Made by a program: the position numbers and the translations under genes. This document shows, one piece after another, positions 1 to 11,096 of a stretch of 64,000 bases of DNA. Position 1 is the stretch's first letter. Every line of letters begins with the position of its first letter. The notes beneath the pieces were generated by a model, which was given only the letters and a program-made list of their open reading frames with translations, was not told the origin of the DNA and made no database searches. Source of the stretch: an uncultured Actinomycetes bacterium (GTDB lineage: Bacteria; Actinomycetota; Acidimicrobiia; Spongiisociales; DATADW01); the NCBI GenBank assembly GCA_963824995.1, contig CAWGRK010000001.1, positions 13,094-77,093 on the forward strand, given 5' to 3'.

Positions 1-281
1 CGAGACAGATTCGCCGCCATTCGCTGTGGGCCACGCAGTGGCTCATCGACCTCGCCGATGAGTTGGAGATACCGCTGCGTTCGGAGCGCCGTCCGGAGTG
101 GAGGGGAGGCACGGTCATCCTCGGCGTCGAGGACGAGGACAAGGTGGCGCAACGGCTGATCGAGCGGCGGGTCATCGTCGACAGCCGACCGGGCGCCGGG
201 GTCAGGGTGGGTCCGCACTTCTACACCACCAGGGAAGACCTGGAGCAGTTCCGCACCGCGTTGACCGACCTCCTCTCCTAG
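1..281 (+). CDS. C-terminal fragment of a PLP-dependent class-V aminotransferase-fold enzyme (5' end outside window)
   Basis: The frame is open from the window edge to TAG 279-281. The tail GGTVILGVEDEDKVAQRLIERRVIVDSRPGAGVRVGPHFYTTREDLEQF resembles the small C-terminal domain of class V aminotransferase/kynureninase-like enzymes. Assignment is by recall only. Confidence 0.4.
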   Translation, partial: RQIRRHSLWATQWLIDLADELEIPLRSERRPEWRGGTVILGVEDEDKVAQRLIERRVIVDSRPGAGVRVGPHFYTTREDLEQFRTALTDLLS

Positions 282-386
282 GGAGAGTTGTTCGGCAAAA
301 GGGCGGTGACGAGGTCCAAACAGCCGCACCGCACGCTCACTGCTCCGGCACGCCTATCGCGACGGGAAGAGCGCGGCACCGTTTCC

Positions 387-414
387 GAAAATGGGTCGAT
401 CGACCCGTTAACTC
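387..414. promoter_or_regulatory. Copy A of a shared about 28-nt upstream motif (GAAAATGGGTCGATCGACCCGTTAACTC)
   Basis: It lies in the 430-bp intergenic region upstream of the sugar transferase gene. A related sequence occurs at 11230-11257 (about 25/36 identical by manual alignment). Confidence 0.25.
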
Positions 415-716
415 CGTCGGTCAATGCGCCGAATCACCATTTTCGAGGTGGAAGTGACCTGTGGCTCCGGGGGGAGCTGCTGGCCGCAAGTTGCGCGTCT
501 CGCCACATCTGGCACTCCACTCTGATAGCGGACGGATAGGGAAAGGCGGAGGCCAGTCGTGGCGCTGAGCGAATCGATTCGACTGAGGACGTTGGCGCGA
601 GCCTGCCCTTACACGAGGTCACGGAAACGGACGACGACGGCCCATGGCCCGTACGGGTCGCGGCCACCACCATCGATACCTCGCGGGGACTCCTCGCCGC
701 CCAACCGTGGCAACTG

Positions 717-1307
717 GTGGTGAAGCGCGCCTTCGACATCATGGCCACCTCGTTGCTCCTCCTAGCTCTGATCCCGCTGCTACTGCTGACGGCTATCGCC
801 GTGAAGCTGTCCTCACCCGGCCCGGTGTTCTACCGACAGCCCCGGGTGGGCCGGGACGGGGTTCCCTTCTCTTTCTGGAAGTTCCGCACCATGCGGGAGG
901 ACGCCGACCAGGTTCGCGCGCAGCTCGAGTCGCGCAACCAGCACGAGGGTCCGATATTCAAGGTCGTAGACGATCCGAGGATCACCTCCGTCGGCAGGAT
1001 TCTCCGAAAGCTCAGCATCGACGAGGCGCCCCAGCTCTTCCACGTGCTCTCGGGAAAAATGAGCCTCGTCGGCCCCCGGCCCCCCTTGGCCACCGAGGTG
1101 GTCGAGTACGACGACTGGGAGGTGCAGCGGCTCCTGGTCAAACCCGGAATGACCTGCATCTGGCAGGTGAGCGGTCGCTCCGACATCGACTGGCCGACCT
1201 GGGTTTCGATGGATCTGGACTACATCCAGAACTGGAGCCTTGTCGGCGACCTCAGCCTCCTCGTCCGAACCGTCCCCGCCGTCCTCACCGGGCGTGGGGC
1301 GTACTGA
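717..1307 (+). CDS. Initiating phosphoglycosyl (undecaprenyl-phosphate sugar) transferase, small bacterial sugar-transferase family
   Basis: Intact 196-aa ORF with a GTG start. An N-terminal re-entrant hydrophobic helix (LLLLALIPLLLLTAIAV) is followed by PGPVFYRQPRVGRDGVPFSFWKFRTM, PQLFHVLSGKMSLVGPRP and a DLDY motif, typical of WbaP/PglC-type C-terminal domains. Confidence 0.9.
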   Translation: MVKRAFDIMATSLLLLALIPLLLLTAIAVKLSSPGPVFYRQPRVGRDGVPFSFWKFRTMREDADQVRAQLESRNQHEGPIFKVVDDPRITSVGRILRKLSIDEAPQLFHVLSGKMSLVGPRPPLATEVVEYDDWEVQRLLVKPGMTCIWQVSGRSDIDWPTWVSMDLDYIQNWSLVGDLSLLVRTVPAVLTGRGAY

Positions 1308-1343
1308 GAAGCGTTTCACCACGAGTTCCGAAAGGGTTTACCT

Positions 1344-2216
1344 ATGACTTCGCCTTCCTCGACACGACGACGGTTCTGGCGTGGAGCGGTCCAGGCGCGG
1401 CGGATAGTGACCGCCCCGACCGCCGGTCTCCGGCCGCTTCCCGACTATCTAATCGTCGGTGCCCAGCGGGCAGGTACCACGACTCTCCAGAAGCACCTGT
1501 TCATGCACCCCGACGTGATCCAACCGGGGTGGGTCAAGGGAGCGCACTACTTCGACACCAACTATCACGAAAGCGCCTCCTGGTATCGCGCACACTTCCC
1601 GACGAGCGCGACCCGCAACCGGGCCGAGCAGCGGTCGGGTGGTCCTGTTGTCACCGGTGAAGCCAGTCCCTACTACCTGTTCCACCCCGAGGTTCCCGGT
1701 CGGATCGCCGCTCTTATCCCTCAGGCGCGGATCGTGATGCTGCTTCGTGACCCGGTGGCCAGGGCCTACTCCCACTACCTGCACGAACAGCGCCGCGGCT
1801 TCGAGACATTGCCTCTGGAGGAGGCGTTGAGCACCGAACCGGAGCGCCTCGCCGGGGAGGAAGAAAGGCTGCACAGCGACAGGAATTACTCGAGCTTCTC
1901 ACACCAGCACCACTCGTACGTGGCGCGGGGCCGGTACCACGAGCAGCTTGTCCGCTACCTGGAGCACTTCGACCGCGAGCAAATCCTCGTCCTCCAGTCA
2001 GAGGCCTTCTTTGCCGAGCCACGGAAGGGCTACCTGGAGGCATGCCGCCATCTCGGCATCAGCGAGTGGGCTCCGAACGGGTTCGACAACTTGAACGCAA
2101 ACACCTACCTGCGGCCGTTGCCCGAAGATGTGCGAGGCCTGCTCGTAGACAAGTTCCACGAGCCCAACGAACGGCTCTTCGAACTGCTCGGCGAGTCCTT
2201 CGACTGGGCGAGATGA
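1344..2216 (+). CDS. Sulfotransferase family protein (1 of 3)
   Basis: Intact 290-aa ORF. It has a 5'-PSB-like motif (YLIVGAQRAGTTTL) and a 3'-PB-like motif (IVMLLRDPVARAYSHY). The stop overlaps the next start (ATGA at 2213-2216). Confidence 0.85.
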   Translation: MTSPSSTRRRFWRGAVQARRIVTAPTAGLRPLPDYLIVGAQRAGTTTLQKHLFMHPDVIQPGWVKGAHYFDTNYHESASWYRAHFPTSATRNRAEQRSGGPVVTGEASPYYLFHPEVPGRIAALIPQARIVMLLRDPVARAYSHYLHEQRRGFETLPLEEALSTEPERLAGEEERLHSDRNYSSFSHQHHSYVARGRYHEQLVRYLEHFDREQILVLQSEAFFAEPRKGYLEACRHLGISEWAPNGFDNLNANTYLRPLPEDVRGLLVDKFHEPNERLFELLGESFDWAR

Positions 2217-3382
2217 TCGCCACCGTGGACAGGTTGTCTACCGATCTCCGCTGGGTGACAGAGCTTCTCTTCCCCGCGCCCGAGAAGGCGGGCCGGACGA
2301 CCGTGTTCCGTCTCGTGGAAGACGGCCATCTACGCCTGCTGCTCCCTGCCGGAAGCCGCAGAGCGGCGGCGTCGGCAGCCGTTCGACCTGGCGGGATGGC
2401 CGGTGCCGGCGCCGGGCTGAGACGGGTCGCGGGTTGGCTCGGGCTCAGGGCTGGGCTGGCACAGCGTTCGATGCGGTCTGTGTCGGTGGCTTTGAACCAC
2501 GAAAATCAATCGATCCACGAGCACCTCGCGGCGGCGCTCGGCCTCGACGCGGTGACCTTGGCAGTCGCCCTGGGACCGCCTCGCCCCAACCGCAAGCCGG
2601 TGCTGCAGATCTTCGACTCCTCTGGCTGCGTCGTCGGGTATGCCAAGGTCGGTTGGAACACGGTCACCGACAGCCTGGTCGCCCACGAAGCGGACTTTCT
2701 GGCGTCGGTCGATCGGAGCCGACTGGAGCACATCGAGTTACCCAAGGTGCTTCACCATGGTTCGTGGCACGGCCACCAGGTGGCCGTCCTCTCCTCACTC
2801 GTCCGACCGCGGCCGATCGGCGGACGTGTGGCCCGGGCGCCGCTGGCTGCCGCCATCTCTGAGGTTGCCTCGCTCGGCGATCACATCTCGGTCCCGCTGG
2901 CGGGTGGGCCCTACTGGGGTTCGCTGCTCGAGCGAACCAAGTCGCTGTCGGATCGCACAGCAGCCGCCCGCGCCAGGTCGGCCATCGACCTGTTGGCGCT
3001 GCGGCACGGGGGCGCAGACCTTGCCCTGGGCCGGTGGCATGGCGACTGGGCGCCGTGGAACATGGCTTCCGAGGGCGGCCGGCTCCGGGTGTGGGACTGG
3101 GAGCGGACCGCTCCTCACCGACCGGTCGGGCTCGATGCGATCCACTTCGAGGCGCAACGCATCGCTGTTGGCCGTCCGATCGACCAGTCGATCGTGTCCG
3201 AAGCGATCCGGAGGTGCAGCGAGACACTCACGGCACTCGGCATGGCCGGGGCGGTGCGCAGCGGGCTTCTGGCGGCGGTCTATCCGTTGGAACTGCACCT
3301 GAGGTACGCCGAGAGCCTCTCCGAGCACTCGGATACCGGTCCGGTCGATGTACCACCGGTACCTGCGCTGGTCACGGCATGA
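2213..3382 (+). CDS. Aminoglycoside-phosphotransferase-fold (protein-kinase-like) protein of unknown substrate
   Basis: The ATG at 2213 overlaps the upstream stop. The C-terminal half has GRWHGDWAPWNM (HGD..N catalytic-loop pattern) and RVWDWERTAPHRPVGLDAIHF (DWE/D motif), typical of the APH/choline-kinase fold. Confidence 0.55.
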   Translation: MIATVDRLSTDLRWVTELLFPAPEKAGRTTVFRLVEDGHLRLLLPAGSRRAAASAAVRPGGMAGAGAGLRRVAGWLGLRAGLAQRSMRSVSVALNHENQSIHEHLAAALGLDAVTLAVALGPPRPNRKPVLQIFDSSGCVVGYAKVGWNTVTDSLVAHEADFLASVDRSRLEHIELPKVLHHGSWHGHQVAVLSSLVRPRPIGGRVARAPLAAAISEVASLGDHISVPLAGGPYWGSLLERTKSLSDRTAAARARSAIDLLALRHGGADLALGRWHGDWAPWNMASEGGRLRVWDWERTAPHRPVGLDAIHFEAQRIAVGRPIDQSIVSEAIRRCSETLTALGMAGAVRSGLLAAVYPLELHLRYAESLSEHSDTGPVDVPPVPALVTA

Positions 3383-4649
3383 GGCGCGCCATCCTCTCCA
3401 TCGCCCTGGTCGGTCTCATCGCCGGCTGCGCCACCACCGGGTCGCTCCTCGCCGAGGACACCGAAGATCAGACGACCACTTCCGCCCAGACCGGACAACC
3501 CGCGGCCTATGCAGACACCGTACGGCCCACCTGGCAGACGAACGGGCGGGTCGAGTCGATTGTCTTCTCCGACGAAGTCGTTTACCTCGCCGGCCAGTTC
3601 ACCGCCATTGCTCCGCCGGGGTCCGACGAATGGGTCACCCAGCCCGCACGTTGCCGCCTTCGACGTCGACGAGCGGCGAGCCGCTCCCCTGGGACCCGGA
3701 GGTGAACGGTCGGGTGCGGGGACTGGACCTGGCCCCGACGGAGAGACGCCTGTTCTAGTCGGCGGGAATTCACGCGAGGTGGGTGGACAGCAACGGTCCG
3801 ACGGTGGCCGCGGTTGACGCGGCAACCGGCACACTCCGTGACGACTTCCGGCCCGACGTGGCGGCAAGGTCAGATCGGTGCTGACCTCCTCGGATCGCTC
3901 TACATCGGAGGCACTTTCAACGAGGTCAACGGTGAGCAACGGTCACTGATCGCTGCGCTCGAGCCATCGACCGGAGAGCCGGTGCCGGTTGGGCGCCGCT
4001 GATCGAGTACCCCACCCACCCCGAAATCGCCAACGTGATCACCATGTCGTTGAGCGGGGAGACGCTCTACGTCGGGGGCACCTTCCGGACGGTGGATGAC
4101 CAGAGCCGAAATGCCGCCGCCGCGTTGGCGGTGGCCGACGGCAGCCTCGAGAGTTGGAACCCGCGACTCCTCAGCCGGGCCGAAGATCTGGAGACGCAGG
4201 TCTACGACATCGCCATCGATGGTGAGCACGTCTACCTGTGTGGTGACTACCACCTGACAGACGGGGTCTTCACCCCCAATCTCGTTGCGGTGGATTCCGA
4301 GGGCCTCCGGCGCGAGGAGTGGGAGGTCACCACGGATGGTGGCGTGAACTCATGCGATATCGCCGGCGGCCATATCTATCTCGGCGGCCACTTCGAACTG
4401 GTCGGCGGGCCGAACGCCGACCCCAAGATCAACCCGACCCCGACCGGAGAGGAGCGCAAGCACCTCGCTTCCGTAAACCTCGCAACCGGCGAGGTGACCG
4501 GTTGGGACCCCAGAGCAAACAGCATTCCGGGCGTATACGCGGTGGCCGCGGGTGACTTCGGACTGGCGATCGGAGGCGACTTCGACGAGGTCGGCACCGA
4601 CCACGCCAGCCATCGAGGGTTCGCCGTATTCCCATCAACTGAGACCTAA
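3379..4649 (+). pseudogene. Lipoprotein with delta-60-type beta-propeller repeats, interrupted by about 6-7 frame switches between about 3640 and 4040
   Basis: The start ATG overlaps the upstream stop. A lipobox signal is present (MRRAILSIALVGLIAGC). Repeats of the form LY.GG.F..V.G..R...AA....G....W.P are seen in all three + frames (fragments 3379-3705, 3509-3817, 3814-4002, 4035-4649). Confidence 0.6.
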
Positions 4650-4663
4650 GGAACCAAGGAGAA

Positions 4664-7600
4664 ATGAGCCGTACACATATCACAACGAGGAGGGCTTTCC
4701 TCCTGATCTCGATCGTCGCTCTCGCCATCACGGCGGTGCCGATCGATGCTTTCGCGGTCGATCACGGAGGCGTGGTCAACGTCGATCCGAACGACGACAC
4801 CATCTCGTTCCTCGACGGCGAGGTTTTGGCGCTGGCCGAGGTCGGCGACAAGGTGATCGTCGGCGGCGACTTCACCCATGTTGGTCCGGCGATGCTCGGA
4901 GCGGCTGGTGTCGTGGACCTCGCCACCTCGACTTTCGGCGATGGCTTCCCGGATGTGGACGGCGTCGTGGTCGCGGTTGTTGCCGATGGTGCCGGCGGTT
5001 GGTACCTCGGAGGGCAGTTCAGTTCGGCAGGCGGTGAGGCTCGTGCCAACGCGGCACACGTCGATGCATCAGGAGCCGTCACCGGCTGGAACCCGGCACC
5101 CAACGGGCGGGTGGAGACCTTGTCGGTCTCACCCGGTGGCATCGTCATGGGCGGCAGCTTCACCGCCGCCGGTGGCGTCAGCCGGTCCAACCTGGCGTTG
5201 GTGGATCCTACGAGTGGGGCGGCGGTGGCCGAGTGGGACCCGGTGGTCAGCGGATCCGTCTTGGAGGCAGCGCTCTCCGGAGACGGCAACCGGCTCTACA
5301 TCGGTGGAAGCTTCCTCACCGTCGACGGGACCGCCCGCAAGCGACTGGCGGCGGTAAGCACCTCCACCGGTGCACTCGATGCCGGCTTCCTTCCCGGCGT
5401 CGTCAATCTCCCGGTTCGCGCCATGGTGGAGCGGAACGGGACGCTTTATGTCGGCGGCGACTTCACGTCGATTGCCGGGATTCAGCGCCGCAGGCTGGCC
5501 ACCATGGATTCTGCAACTGGAGGCCTGCGGGCGACCGATCCGGCGGTCAACGGCCGGGTGAAGGACCTCGCCATTTCAGGAGACGGTTCGACCCTCTTTG
5601 CAGTGGGTGCCTTCGGCACCGTCGGCGGGCAGGCTCGCAGCCTGGTTGCGGCGCTTTCCGCCTCGACCCTGGCCCCAACGTCGCTGAGCATCGCCGGTAT
5701 CTTCGGATCCGTCGATGCGGTGGCCGTGTTGGATGCCGGCCGCATCGCAATTGGAGGCACGTTCCATATCGTCCCCAAGAAGGACAGGCCGCAACGGTTG
5801 GCGACGGTTGCCACGTCCTCCGGCGCGATCTCCGCCCTGGTGCCCGCGCCAGCTACTCCCGCGTTCCTTGACCCGCCCGGCAAGCTCCACATCCGGCGTG
5901 TGGAGTTGACATTGGCCGGTGGCCGTCTCGCCGTCGGTGGCGACTTCAGCGACTACGGGGTGGTGGCCAGGCCGTATCTCGTGGCAATGGATGCCAATAC
6001 CGGGGCACTCGATCGGAGCTTCGCGCCCGCCCCCGACGACCCTGTGCTGGCCGTCGCCGGATCGAGCGATGGCGGGGCGGTGTTTGTCGGCGGCGAGTTC
6101 ACCCACATCGGCTCCACTGCTGCCACACGGGTGGCAAAGCTCGACATCGACACCGGGCAGCCAGTGGCAGGCTTCTCAACCTCGGCCGACTCCAAGGTGC
6201 GAAGCCTGGTGCCGGTCGGGGACCGGGTCTTCGTGGGTGGATCCTTCAATGCCATCAACGGCTCGACGCGATCCAACTTCGGTGCGGTCGACGCCACGTC
6301 CGGTGCACTCGACCCCAACGTGGACCTCCCCATCACCGATCCCACCGGTCGCTCGGAAGACGGCGGTATCCGGGCGATGGCGGCGACATCCGACGGGAGC
6401 CGGCTGATGCTCCTCTACAACGCCGCCACGATCGGCGGTGTACACCGCCAGGGCGTCGCTCAGGTCGACCTGACCACCAGCCCGGTATCGGTCAGCCCGT
6501 GGTCGACGAGCCTCTACGACTACCAGTGCAAGACCACGGTCCCCCGCCCCCTCATGCGCGACCTGGCCATCTCACCGGACGACTCGTACGCCGTCGTGGT
6601 GACCAGCGGTGACAACTTCCCACCGGGTTGCGACACAGCGGTGGCGTTCCCGGTGGCAGCGTCCGGTCCGGTGCAGCCCCTCTGGGTCAACAAGATGCGT
6701 GACACTCTCGAGGCGGTGGCCATCTCCGACAGCGCGGTCTATGTCGGCGGACACTTCCGCTGGGCCGACAACGGTGCCGTCAGCCGTTTCCAGGTTGCGG
6801 CCCTGAGCCCGTCCGACGGGCGCGCTCTCGCCTGGGACCCTTCGGCGGATGGATTCCACGGCGTCGTCGAGCTCAAGGTGACCTCACGCGGTCTGCTCCT
6901 CGGAAGCGACGGGGATACGGTTGGCGGCGAGCCGCACGGACGGTTCGCCTTCTTCGAGGCACCTGCCCCCAACGCCACGCCTCTAGGCCGCGTTCACCGC
7001 GTCGTGCACCTGGCTGAGCTGCACGTTCGACGGCTCGGGCTCCTCCGATCCCGACGGCTCGGTGACGTCCTACGCCTGGGACTTCGGCGACGGAAGCGTA
7101 CGGTACCGGGCCCGTGGTCCAGCACTCTTTCCCTCAGGGCGGGCGCTACACCGTGCGTCTGCGTGCAACCGACGGCAGTGGCGGCACCGACGCCGCCTAC
7201 CGCACGGTCGTGGTTGCCTCTGAGCCGGAGCCTATCGCCCACCGCACGGCCATAGGCACGTCCGGGAACAGGACCTCGTTCACGGTCACGGTGCCGTCCT
7301 CGGTCCAGCAGGGCGACGCCATGGTGCTGTTCGCCAGCTTGAGCAACTCGACCGCGATGGTCGGTCAGCCGGCCGGTCTGAGCGGCTGGCAGACGCTCGG
7401 GCAGATCGATGTCAACGGGATGCGGACGTTCGTGTGGTGGAAGAACGGCTGCAGACGGGTGACGCCAACCGATCGGTATCGGTGGGCCTTTCCGCCATCG
7501 CCAAGGCCGACCTGACCCTGGTGGCCTATGACGGTACCGACCCCGTCGCGCCGATCGCAGCCTGGCAGTCGAAGGGGCGAGACCTCAATCCCGCCCCGAC

Positions 7601-7875
7601 CACACCACACCCACGGTCGAGTCGACCATCGACGGAGCCTGGGTCGTCTCCTACTGGGCTGACAAGAACGTCGGCTACTACCAACTGGACGGCGCCGGCC
7701 GGCGACGTGGTGCGACGGATGGGTCTCAACATCGGATCAGGTCGTGTCACCACGCTGCTGTCCGACGATGCCACGGCTCACGGCCCAGGTACGTCAAGGC
7801 GGACGAACCGCCACCGCCGACGCCCCTGCCGCCAAGGCGACAATGTGGACGGTGGTCTTGCGTCCTGCCGCGTGA
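4664..7875 (+). CDS. Large secreted delta-60 beta-propeller repeat protein with a C-terminal PKD domain and an uncharacterised about 210-aa module (frameshifted after about 6975)
   Basis: Signal-like N-terminus, then about 2.3 kb of uninterrupted repeats (GGDFTHVG, GGSFTAAGG, GGSFLTVDG, GGDFTSIAGIQRRRLA, and others). The PKD signature CTFDGSGSSDPDGSVTSYAWDFGDGS...YTVRLRATDGSGGTD is read in shifted frames. The final module (IAHRTAIGTSGNRTSFTVTVPSSVQQGDAMVLFAS...ATMWTVVLRPAA*) is homologous to the modules in 22571-25286. About 7 frame switches occur in the last 0.9 kb. Confidence 0.7.
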
Positions 7876-7957
7876 AGGGCTGCAGAACCAATCTTCCGCT
7901 CTGAGTTGAACAGTCGCGCCTCTGCCGTTTAGCGTCGGCCTCCGCCGGAGGAAGGGA

Positions 7958-9484
7958 TTGCCGGTGACTTCACGAACGAGGGGCGTGGCGGTCGCGCTCG
8001 TAATGGGTGTGTTTGTGGCTTGTGCCGCACCTGTCCAGGCCGACATAGTGGTTCCCGATGAGGGTGCGTTGCTCGGCGTATACCCGAAACCCAAGGATGG
8101 CGACTGGACAGTCGAGGGTCAGAAACGGCGCTACAGCCAACTGGAGAGTGCCATGGGGCGATCCTTCGACATCGGCCACTACTTCCACAAGTGGGACACC
8201 AGCTTCCCGACCTGGCGGGAGGAGTGGCATGTCGAACAGGGGCGCATTCCCATGATCTCGTGGGCCAATTTCAGAGGTGACGGAAGTGGTGTCTACAGCT
8301 CGGACATCGTGGCCGGAGACGAAGACGATCTGATCAGAGCCCAGGCCCGATCGCTACGAGGACTTTGGGTCGCCGGTCTTGGTGCGATGGTTCTGGGAGA
8401 TGGACGGCTCGAAGAAGGAGGAATGGGCACAGGATCCTGACACCTGGATCGCCGCTTGGCGACACATCGTCTCGATTTTCCGTGAGGAGAACGCCGACAA
8501 TGTCGAGTTCGTCTGGTGTCCGAATGCGTCGGCCTTCGACAGTGACGAGGGAGCCGGCTGGTACCCGGGCGACGGATGGGTCGACTGGCTGTGCGCGGAC
8601 GGCTACAACTGGGCGCCCGGTCAGGACGGTGCGGAATGGGGGTCACTCGGCGAGATCTTCGAGAACTGGTTTCACGATTGGGGCGATGACAAGGACATCC
8701 CGATGATGATCGGGGAGTTCGGTGTCCAGGAGCGCGACCCGGGAGAGAAACCAGCATGGATTCTCGATATTCCCGATCAACTCAGAACACACTGCCCGAG
8801 GTCAAGGCAGTCGTCTACTTCGACTCGGACACCATCTACGACTGGTGGATCGACACGACATCGGAGTCGCTCGATGCTTTCGCCGACATGTCCCAGGACC
8901 CGTGGTTCGATGCGGAACCCGGGGGCGGCGGAGGGGGCGGTGGCGGCGACCCGGACGACGTCTTCACCGATATCGACGGATCCGTCTTCGAGGCCGACAT
9001 CCTCTGGCTGAGGGAGCAGGGCATCACCATGGGATGCAACCCACCGGACAATGACCGATTCTGTCCCACGGAGCCGGTGAGCCGCGGGCAGATGGCTTCC
9101 TTCGTGGCCCGGGCTCTAGACCTGTCGCACGGTGGGGGCGATGTGTTCGGCGATGACGAGGGCTCGGTCCACGAGGCGAACATCAATGCCCTCGCCGACG
9201 CAGGCATCACCAAGGGCTACGAGGACGGGACCTTCCGCCCAACCCAGACCATGAGCCGGGCTCACATGGCCGCCTTCCTGGTCAGGGCTTATCGCCTGGA
9301 CCTTGGAGGTGCCGATGCCTTCAACGACGACGACGGTGCCTATTTCGAGAAAGAGATCGACGCTCTCGCCGCCGCCGGGATCACCGAGGGGTGCAATCCT
9401 CCGGCTAACGACCACTTCTGCCCACGGTCGGAAGTGACCAGGGGTCAGATGGCGGCATTCCTCCACCGGGCGGACGAGCCCTAG
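7958..9484 (+). CDS. Secreted glycoside hydrolase family 26-like (mannanase-type) enzyme with three C-terminal SLH-like repeats (2 frame switches)
   Basis: TTG start after a GGAGGAAGGG RBS, with a signal peptide (VALVMGVFVACAAPVQA). The GH26-type acid/base context is RWFWEMDG and the nucleophile context is MMIGEFGV. A Gly9 linker precedes 3 repeats of F.D.....F..I..L...GIT.GC.....FCP...V.RGQMA.F..RA. Confidence 0.72.
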
Positions 9485-9497
9485 AGGGCCCGTTTCC

Positions 9498-11096
9498 TCA
9501 ACGCCGGCGGTGGCGGGTGGCGGTGTTGGTGAGCACGGCGCCGAGGACGTTGATCCCGAGGACCTCGAGCTCGTGAAGAGTCTGGCGGGAGGATGAGATC
9601 CGTGCCACGTTCGCCCGGCTGCTGAACACCAGGCCGTCGGCAAGTTCGGAGATCCCGAGAGCATCCGCCGAGTCGAGCAGGGGCGGCGCCACCACGATCA
9701 CCAGTGAGGCGTCGCCCGGCTCGTCCATGAGCTTTTCGAGCACGTCCAGTCGGACCCACTCCTCGACCGGCCCCACCGGATTCCCCGACGTGATGACCTT
9801 GAGTCGGGGGACGCCAGGAAGCCGCTGCGCCACGTTGTCCATCGACAGTCCGTCCATCAGCATCTCGGTCAGACCCGATTCGTTGGGCAGCCCGAGCACC
9901 TGGTGCAGTTCCGAGTTCTGCGTCTCTGCGGAGACCAACAGCACGTCGGTCCCACCGCGGGCGAGCGTGACCGCCATTCCGGCGGCGACAAAGCTGGCGT
10001 CCTCGCCTCTGCCCACGCTGGTCACGACCAGTTTCACCGGCTTGTCGCGCTGGAGGATCCCGGCGAGTGCGGCGCGCAGCCTGCGGAACCCCTCGGCGGT
10101 CGGCCCTGCTGGGTCGAGAGCAGCTGCCAGTTTGGCTCTGGATAGCGAGCCGATACCGCTGACCTTCCGCGGAAGCGCAGCGAGAACCGGAAAACCGAGC
10201 CGGCCTTCGAGGTCGGTGACGGTCCTGATCCTGCCGTCAAGGCGGTCACGCATGAAGGCGATCGGTACCCCGAGCAGAAGTCCAGCCCCGAGTGCGACGG
10301 CGACCGCCATGAACGGGCTTGGGCTGCTCGGGTTCTGTGGCAACTGGGCCGGCGTGAGGATTTCACCCGGGTCGGTGCTCAAGGCGAGCACGTTGGCCAG
10401 TTCCGTTTGCACCTGTTGGATCTCGCTGATGAGCAGGTCACGCCTGCTCTGGGCGGTGGCGAAAGCGGGCGAGTTGGGGTCGCTCCGGCCGATCTCTGCG
10501 TTGACCGTGGCCAGCTCCTGTTCGGCAGCGTCACGACGCGCCCGGATGTCGGCCACCTTGCGGGCGACATCCGCCTCGGCGACGGCGGCACGCTGCTCGA
10601 GGTAGGCCTCGGCAAAGCCCTGGGTGACGGCTTGGGCCCGCGCCGGGTCGGTGTCCACATATTGGATCTCGACGACCTGGGTGCCCTCGACAACGATGAT
10701 GCTGAGGTTCTTGGTCAGATCTCGGTCATGAACGCCAGTCTTCTCGGCGACGTCGGCAGCCGTGGCCTCGGACAGGATGACCTCCCGCTCGGTCAGCAGG
10801 TTCACCAGCTGGTCGGGGCGGAGCGAAGTACGCCCGAGGTCCACTTTCGTGGGCCTGATGAGTACGACCGCTTCAGTCTGATAGGTCGCCACCTGCCGGA
10901 ACCCGTAGGCGACGCCGAGCAGCGAACAGATCAGCGCGATACCGAGGACGAGCCAGCGACGGCGGCGAAGAACGGCTATGTAGTCGCTCAGCTGCAGCGA
11001 CTGCTGTGGCTGAGGGGCGCGGGCGGTTGCCGGCTCTTGGTGGAGCTGGCGGGGCCGCGGCGCGGCAGGATCATTTGTGAGTCTTTGTGCGCTCAT
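9498..11096 (-). CDS. Wzz-type polysaccharide co-polymerase fused to a BY-kinase-like domain with degenerate Walker motifs
   Basis: Intact ORF; the likely start is MSAQRL at 11096. It has an N-terminal TM helix plus a chain-length-determinant region and a long coiled coil. The C-terminal P-loop-fold domain aligns to CapB/Wzc but reads VTSVGRGEDAS (no Walker A Lys), VLLVSAETQNS (A') and LVIVVAPPLL (Walker B Asp replaced by Ala). The C-terminus TNTATRHRRR has no Tyr cluster. Confidence 0.8.
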   Translation of the reverse strand: MSAQRLTNDPAAPRPRQLHQEPATARAPQPQQSLQLSDYIAVLRRRRWLVLGIALICSLLGVAYGFRQVATYQTEAVVLIRPTKVDLGRTSLRPDQLVNLLTEREVILSEATAADVAEKTGVHDRDLTKNLSIIVVEGTQVVEIQYVDTDPARAQAVTQGFAEAYLEQRAAVAEADVARKVADIRARRDAAEQELATVNAEIGRSDPNSPAFATAQSRRDLLISEIQQVQTELANVLALSTDPGEILTPAQLPQNPSSPSPFMAVAVALGAGLLLGVPIAFMRDRLDGRIRTVTDLEGRLGFPVLAALPRKVSGIGSLSRAKLAAALDPAGPTAEGFRRLRAALAGILQRDKPVKLVVTSVGRGEDASFVAAGMAVTLARGGTDVLLVSAETQNSELHQVLGLPNESGLTEMLMDGLSMDNVAQRLPGVPRLKVITSGNPVGPVEEWVRLDVLEKLMDEPGDASLVIVVAPPLLDSADALGISELADGLVFSSRANVARISSSRQTLHELEVLGINVLGAVLTNTATRHRRR

